DNA of 63,648 bases from positions 1-63,648 of the forward strand of contig CADBYH010000005.1 of assembly GCA_902798815.1 (NCBI GenBank), written 5' to 3'. The notes beneath the pieces were generated by a model. It was not told where the DNA came from and ran no database searches. It saw only the letters and a list, made by a program, of their open reading frames with translations. Within the stretch, counting starts at the first letter, position 1. Each line of letters starts with the position of its first letter. Positions 58,557-63,648 of the stretch are shown one piece after another. The stretch comes from an uncultured Erysipelotrichaceae bacterium. GTDB taxonomy: Bacteria > Bacillota_I > Bacilli_A > RF39 > UBA660. Made by a program: the position numbers and the translations under genes.

Positions 58557-58718
58557 TTAAGACTCCTCTTTTTCCTCATCTTTAACTACTTCTGCTCCAT
58601 CTTTCGATTTTTTCAAAAATAGTACAAACTCAGTCATAGATTTATATACCTCAAACAAATCATTATAACTTAAGTCCTTAAGTTCAAAAGTATAAGATAC
58701 TGTCCCCTCATTATCCAT
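58557..58718 (-). CDS. Small 53-aa acidic protein missing from the ORF track (MDNEGTVSYTFELKDLSYNDLFEVYKSMTEFVLFLKKSKDGAEVVKDEEKEES)
   Basis: Hand translated; RBS AAGGATGTG; fills the gap between neighbours exactly. Confidence 0.75.
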   Translation of the reverse strand: MDNEGTVSYTFELKDLSYNDLFEVYKSMTEFVLFLKKSKDGAEVVKDEEKEES

Positions 58719-58732
58719 TACGAATCACATCC

Positions 58733-59767
58733 TTATTTATATCCAGCTGTATCCTTCTCAAAATCTATTTTAAAAATAAGTCTATATCCAGGTGAATCTG
58801 TTTTAATTATATCTATATCTTCCCCTTCAATCCACAAATATATTCTAAATTTTGAAATCCCTGAAGGTAATTCAAAAACAGAATTATCTAAATTTGTAAT
58901 TGTATTTTGGAAAGAAAATATATTACTATCAAATGCCACATTAGAATTATATACACCTGACCATAAATTTATTTTTTCTCCTTCATTATATATACCATAG
59001 GTAGGAACAACAGAATTATTTGTAATATTAATATTACGTCTTTTTAAAAATTCTATACTTCCATCATTATGAGTTGTATCTGCCTCATAAATAAATTGTT
59101 TACAATCTCCTACATTACAATTAATACTTTGTATTTCTCCTAGTGAGGATTTTTTATCAACTGTTCCAACATAAACCATTCCAAATCGAATTGCCTTTAA
59201 AATGAATTCATCATCTTCAGTTTCTGGAACAAATAAATTTTTCTCATTTCTTATATATAAATTATCATTAAATGGTGACCCTGTATTATTTCTTATAAAA
59301 ATATCAAACGCAAAATAATTTGAATTTAAAACAGGTTTACTCTCATCAGATAATTTAGGATAAATATATTCATTACTTGCTAAACCACCAGTACGAGAAA
59401 AAGGTCTTTTGTTTTCATAAACAGAAAATTTATAACCATTGTTTAATAATCCAACTGTAGAAACTGGTGACATATATTCAGACCATCTATTAGTATTACC
59501 AGGATAAAGATTATTTAAATCATTTATCAAAGTATTCTTAGAAATATTAATACTTTGTTGCCAATTTTCTCCATCCAAAGAAATAGCTAAATCTGAATCA
59601 TGATCTACATGTACATTAAATCCATAGATTTGTACATTTAATGATGATGAAAACCAAGCATATGTTGAATATATTAATACAACTCCCGTAATAAGAGTAA
59701 GGAATAATATAAGATAAAACCTTATATCATTCCTTTTATTTTTCAAAAAACTATTATTTTTTTTCAT
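58733..59767 (-). CDS. SipW-class exported fibre subunit, paralog 4 (most divergent)
   Basis: TYAWF, ISLDG, FDIFIRN, KFRIYLWIEGED, FEKD. Confidence 0.68.
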   Translation of the reverse strand: MKKNNSFLKNKRNDIRFYLILFLTLITGVVLIYSTYAWFSSSLNVQIYGFNVHVDHDSDLAISLDGENWQQSINISKNTLINDLNNLYPGNTNRWSEYMSPVSTVGLLNNGYKFSVYENKRPFSRTGGLASNEYIYPKLSDESKPVLNSNYFAFDIFIRNNTGSPFNDNLYIRNEKNLFVPETEDDEFILKAIRFGMVYVGTVDKKSSLGEIQSINCNVGDCKQFIYEADTTHNDGSIEFLKRRNINITNNSVVPTYGIYNEGEKINLWSGVYNSNVAFDSNIFSFQNTITNLDNSVFELPSGISKFRIYLWIEGEDIDIIKTDSPGYRLIFKIDFEKDTAGYK

Positions 59768-59795
59768 AGTTTTATAAACCTATCTTCTTTTACAA

Positions 59796-61172
59796 TTATT
59801 CTCCGGATGATGCTGATTCTTCAGCTGATGATTCTGGAGCAACCTCATATCTATCTTTAGTCAATCCAAAATTAAATTTTAAAGTTTGATATTCTGTTGC
59901 TAAATCAAAGTTGTCAACATCTTGTCCTTCCAAATATATATATACTCTTATTTTAGTGATACTAGATGGTGCGATAAATAGTAATGGATTTCTTGTAGCT
60001 TCACTACTATTTTCAGTATCAGTTAATGTTGGTACATATGTCATTTTTGGATTTGTATAACCATTTAATCCATCATATATATTAGAAATTGGTGTATCAG
60101 ATGATAAAATCGTATTACTAATTGTATAAGTCTTAATATACTTATTGTCAGCAAGTGCTTCATTTTCAGAAGTTCCTGCTGCTAAACAATTGTTGTTAGC
60201 TTCGTTTAATAAGAATGCTCCTGCTGCAGTTCTCTTTATACATGCATTATTAAATCTTGTAACAGCCTTTGCAATATGAGCTTTATCATTTGGTTCCCAT
60301 ATATTCCAGTTGTATCCACGAGGTACAGCTGTTGGAGTTCCACTTCCTTCAGTCTTATTACATAAAGAAGTTACATCTCCTGTTCCACCACAGTTAATTC
60401 CTTGAATAGTAGCCTTTGCAATTCCACGAGAATTAACTCTTCCTAATGCATAAAATCCAACACGCACAGAATTTTGTATTCCATTACCAACGCTAGATCC
60501 TGATGTATCATATGTTACTGTTGAAGTACCAGTTAAGAAAATCGCTTCATCATCATCTTTGTTATATGCAGCAGTATAAGAAGATCCAGATGCGTTCTTT
60601 ATAAATACATCAAATGCAATATAACCAGTAGCACTTGCAGAAGTAATATCTCCAGCTGCCAATCTATATCCTCCAGCTTCTGATGTCAATGTAGTTTTAG
60701 AATAAAACTTTGCTTGTGAATTAGTACCATCTAATTGTGCAGAAGATGATACAGGTTCCAATCCTTTGTGATTATCATCCTCTCCAGCAGTTGCCCAGTG
60801 ATTAACATTTCCATTTGCTGCTGGATATGCACTATTAGCAGGAGTTTCAGTATCTATTAATTTAATATTATCTGCTGTACTTCCGTTTATAACCATTGGT
60901 TCAGCACCTTCAATAATACCCTTTGTTATATGTAATTGAGTTTCCCAATGATCTCCATCTAGTGATAAGGACAAACCTTCAGTAGTAACTATATTTACTT
61001 CAAATGAATCAACTGATACTGTTGTAATACCTATAAACCATGCATAAGTTGCAACAACAAGTACTATTGCAGTTAATCCAATCGCAATTATTGTCTTTTT
61101 ACTTCTAGTAATTGCTCTCTTTCTATTCTTTTTATTAACTCTCTTTACTGTAATTTTTGTTTCGTTATTCAT
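59796..61172 (-). CDS. SipW-class exported fibre subunit, paralog 5
   Basis: TYAWFIG and all family motifs; S/A/E tail like paralog 2. Confidence 0.7.
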   Translation of the reverse strand: MNNETKITVKRVNKKNRKRAITRSKKTIIAIGLTAIVLVVATYAWFIGITTVSVDSFEVNIVTTEGLSLSLDGDHWETQLHITKGIIEGAEPMVINGSTADNIKLIDTETPANSAYPAANGNVNHWATAGEDDNHKGLEPVSSSAQLDGTNSQAKFYSKTTLTSEAGGYRLAAGDITSASATGYIAFDVFIKNASGSSYTAAYNKDDDEAIFLTGTSTVTYDTSGSSVGNGIQNSVRVGFYALGRVNSRGIAKATIQGINCGGTGDVTSLCNKTEGSGTPTAVPRGYNWNIWEPNDKAHIAKAVTRFNNACIKRTAAGAFLLNEANNNCLAAGTSENEALADNKYIKTYTISNTILSSDTPISNIYDGLNGYTNPKMTYVPTLTDTENSSEATRNPLLFIAPSSITKIRVYIYLEGQDVDNFDLATEYQTLKFNFGLTKDRYEVAPESSAEESASSGE

Positions 61173-61209
61173 TTTTACACCACCTTAATCAATATGAACA
61201 ATCAAATTA

Positions 61210-62385
61210 TTATGTATTAACATTATATTTATCTTTAGTAAATCCAAATTTTACTCTAATGGATTTTCCTTTAGAAACTAAATCATAATTATCTACATCC
61301 TGCCCTTCCAAATATATATATACTCTAACCTTTGTTATACTATTTGCAGCTAATTTAAAAAACTCAGGCCTAGCATTTCCACTTGTATTCTTCTCTGTAT
61401 CTGTAAAATAATCCATTTCTTGCAAGTAAGTAGATGATGAAGTATAAGTATTGAAATCTGCTCCATCATATACATTTACATTATTAGAAGCGGTTATAGC
61501 CTTTTTAACAGCATACGTATGAACATATGCATTATTAGCCACCGTTCCACAACTTCCACTATATGTATTAGCAGCAGTCCTTGCCTTACATACATTACCA
61601 TAATAAGTTATTAAATTAGTATCATGTGCTTTATCATTTGGTTCCCATATAACAGTACCAACGCTACTGCATAGACCTGTTACCGGAGATTGAGTACTAC
61701 AAGTAATCCCCTTAGCAACAGACGCAGAAGAATTATACTTAACTCTACCTATTTGTGCAAATGCAACTCTTACAGAATTCTGAAGACCTTTAGCATTCGT
61801 TGGATCACCAGTTCCAGAGGGGCTAACAGTAACAGAAGAAGCAGTACTCAAATAAACAGCTTCATCCGCATTAGCATCATAACCAGAAGCATAAGCATCC
61901 TTTTTACCATTTCTAATATATAGATTAAAAGCAATATATCCATCTTGCTCTGTAGAAGAAGAGTTTTCTATCTGAGAAGAAATAAGTCTATAACCTCCGC
62001 CAGTAGCTGCCAAAGAACCTTTACCATACAATTTTAAAACATTCTGTGAAGTATTGATCTCTCCTATAGTTGAAATAGGAACAAGCCCTTCTCCTGTAGT
62101 AGTAGATACCCATTTATTATTATTACCAGTAGCAGCTTCAACAGCGCTTTTAGTAACAGACAAGGTTGTAGAAGTCCAAGTTGAAGCATCAAGAGACAAT
62201 TCCAAACCTTCACCACCAGAAATAGCAATATCAAACTGATCAACAGACACAGTTGAGATTCCTACAAACCAGGCATATGTCTCATATACCAAAACGATAC
62301 CAGTGATAGCAATTATTATTATAAAAATGTATATTTTCCTAATTCTTCTCTTTTGTTTTATCTCCTCAATAGAAGAACTATTCAC
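61210..62385 (-). CDS. SipW-class exported fibre subunit, paralog 6
   Basis: TYAWFVG and all family motifs; GTG start. Confidence 0.7.
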   Translation of the reverse strand: MNSSSIEEIKQKRRIRKIYIFIIIIAITGIVLVYETYAWFVGISTVSVDQFDIAISGGEGLELSLDASTWTSTTLSVTKSAVEAATGNNNKWVSTTTGEGLVPISTIGEINTSQNVLKLYGKGSLAATGGGYRLISSQIENSSSTEQDGYIAFNLYIRNGKKDAYASGYDANADEAVYLSTASSVTVSPSGTGDPTNAKGLQNSVRVAFAQIGRVKYNSSASVAKGITCSTQSPVTGLCSSVGTVIWEPNDKAHDTNLITYYGNVCKARTAANTYSGSCGTVANNAYVHTYAVKKAITASNNVNVYDGADFNTYTSSSTYLQEMDYFTDTEKNTSGNARPEFFKLAANSITKVRVYIYLEGQDVDNYDLVSKGKSIRVKFGFTKDKYNVNT

Positions 62386-62559
62386 CTCATCTCACCACCA
62401 TTCGTACCGCCTTGTATTCTCTATCATGTAAAATTATACATACTACCATTAAAATTATATCAATTTTTTTTTCCATTTTCAAGATATATTATAAAGTTAT
62501 TTAGTTTACAAATAAGTGTAAATTCAAATAAAAAAACCAACTCGTTTTTAAGTCGGTTT

Positions 62560-63648
62560 TTATGAACCTACACCATATACATCTTTAGTTAATCCAAAAC
62601 TAATTCTTACATTAGAGTTTTTAGATATTACATCATAGTTATCTATATCTTGTCCTTCTAACCATATATATACCCTTACTTTTGTTATAGAATTACCCGC
62701 AAGCGTAAACAAACTATTACCAGTTCCATAAGTTGTAGAATTATCAGGCGATTTATAAGTAGTAATAGTATTAAGGAATTTATCGTCTGTTGATCCTGAT
62801 GTTGCTGTATAACTATTAACACCACTACCATCATATATATCAACATTATCAGATGCAGTTATTGTATTCTTTATAAAATACGTGACCTTGTTCGTTGTTG
62901 TAGTAATCGCTGTACATGCTGTTGTCGTATATGCACCTGTAGAATCTCTTTTTTTACAAGCATTATTAAAATATGATACAGCCCCATCTGTATGTACATT
63001 ATGATTTGGTTCCCACACATTCCAATAATATTTTTGAGCTGATATCGAACAAATTTTATATATATTTGTCGAAGAAGAAGTGGTTGAATTACACCCTAAT
63101 CCTGTAACAGTTGAAACACTTGCTCCTCTTGCTTTAACACCTGCTAGTGGATAAAAACCTACTCTAAGTGAGTTTGCCGCTCCATAATTTGTACTTCCAT
63201 CTACGGTTGCAGTTGGATTTTTCATCAAATATATATATTCTGCTGCACAATTATTAGCATTGGTACATGTATAATTATTATTACTATATTGAGTACCTGT
63301 TCCATTACGAATAAATAAATCAAAGGCCACATATCCTTCCGCTTCTGAAACATAAGTTGTTGGATTAGTAGAAGCAACACTATAATTATCAACTCTATTC
63401 GCAACTATTCTATATCCTCCAGGTGTTGCAGATAAACTTGTTTTTTCAAAAAATTTAAGTCTTCCCACAGTAGTATCAATTGTTCCGGGAGATGACAATG
63501 GAACTAGCCCTGATGTTGGCCATTTATTTGTATTTCCTACATATGCATGATCTCCACTTCCTGATGTTGATGTTATTGTAGTTTGTGATATTGTAAGTTT
63601 ATCATTTCCACTTTTCCAATGTTCTCCATCAAGCGATACTTCTAATCC
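62560..63648 (-). CDS. SipW-class exported fibre subunit, paralog 7, 5' end beyond window; near-duplicate of 31990-33246
   Basis: Frame open to the window edge; 63391-63648 matches 32821-33078 with 13 mismatches in 258 nt. Confidence 0.75.
   Translation of the reverse strand, partial: GLEVSLDGEHWKSGNDKLTISQTTITSTSGSGDHAYVGNTNKWPTSGLVPLSSPGTIDTTVGRLKFFEKTSLSATPGGYRIVANRVDNYSVASTNPTTYVSEAEGYVAFDLFIRNGTGTQYSNNNYTCTNANNCAAEYIYLMKNPTATVDGSTNYGAANSLRVGFYPLAGVKARGASVSTVTGLGCNSTTSSSTNIYKICSISAQKYYWNVWEPNHNVHTDGAVSYFNNACKKRDSTGAYTTTACTAITTTTNKVTYFIKNTITASDNVDIYDGSGVNSYTATSGSTDDKFLNTITTYKSPDNSTTYGTGNSLFTLAGNSITKVRVYIWLEGQDIDNYDVISKNSNVRISFGLTKDVYGVGS

Noticed and set aside
62392-62427. Minus-strand mini-ORF MIENTRRYEWW upstream of paralog 6 (Trp leader or TGA readthrough)
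   Set aside because: TGGTGGTGA doubles as the RBS for the GTG start; no attenuator hairpins; TGA is a stop elsewhere in the window

Overview
AT-rich chromosome segment (GC roughly a quarter, by eye) with almost all genes on the minus strand and the standard bacterial code (TGA = stop). The gene mix (FemABX ligase, scpAB, class B sortase, sigF/G-like sigma plus spoVAC-D-E, PFOR) suggests a reduced, walled, probably sporulating Bacillota; an RF39/UBA660-like gut Bacilli lineage is my guess, not a result. Three parts: (1) 1-7420, a tandem array of integrase-less islets (ABC exporter + two-component system; YhfC-like gene and its broken copy), each bounded by the core CTTCAGGGGG, a terminator and arm-like direct repeats, all inserted at the 3' end of an unannotated ~100-nt small RNA; a second, partly complementary sRNA candidate lies beyond recG. 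(2) ~7400-38900, housekeeping, envelope and sporulation genes and tRNA-Leu(CAA). (3) 38930 to the window end (plus outliers at 29360 and 31990), a large SipW-type export locus: about 13 TasA/BsaA-like exported proteins (7 close paralogs), 2 active and 3 catalytically dead SipW-like peptidases, two adhesin-like subunits, and a co-operonic membrane-anchored McrB-like AAA+ NTPase with an apparently nuclease-less DUF2357 partner. This locus is the best candidate for an undescribed system. All calls come from motif recognition by eye; no searches were run.
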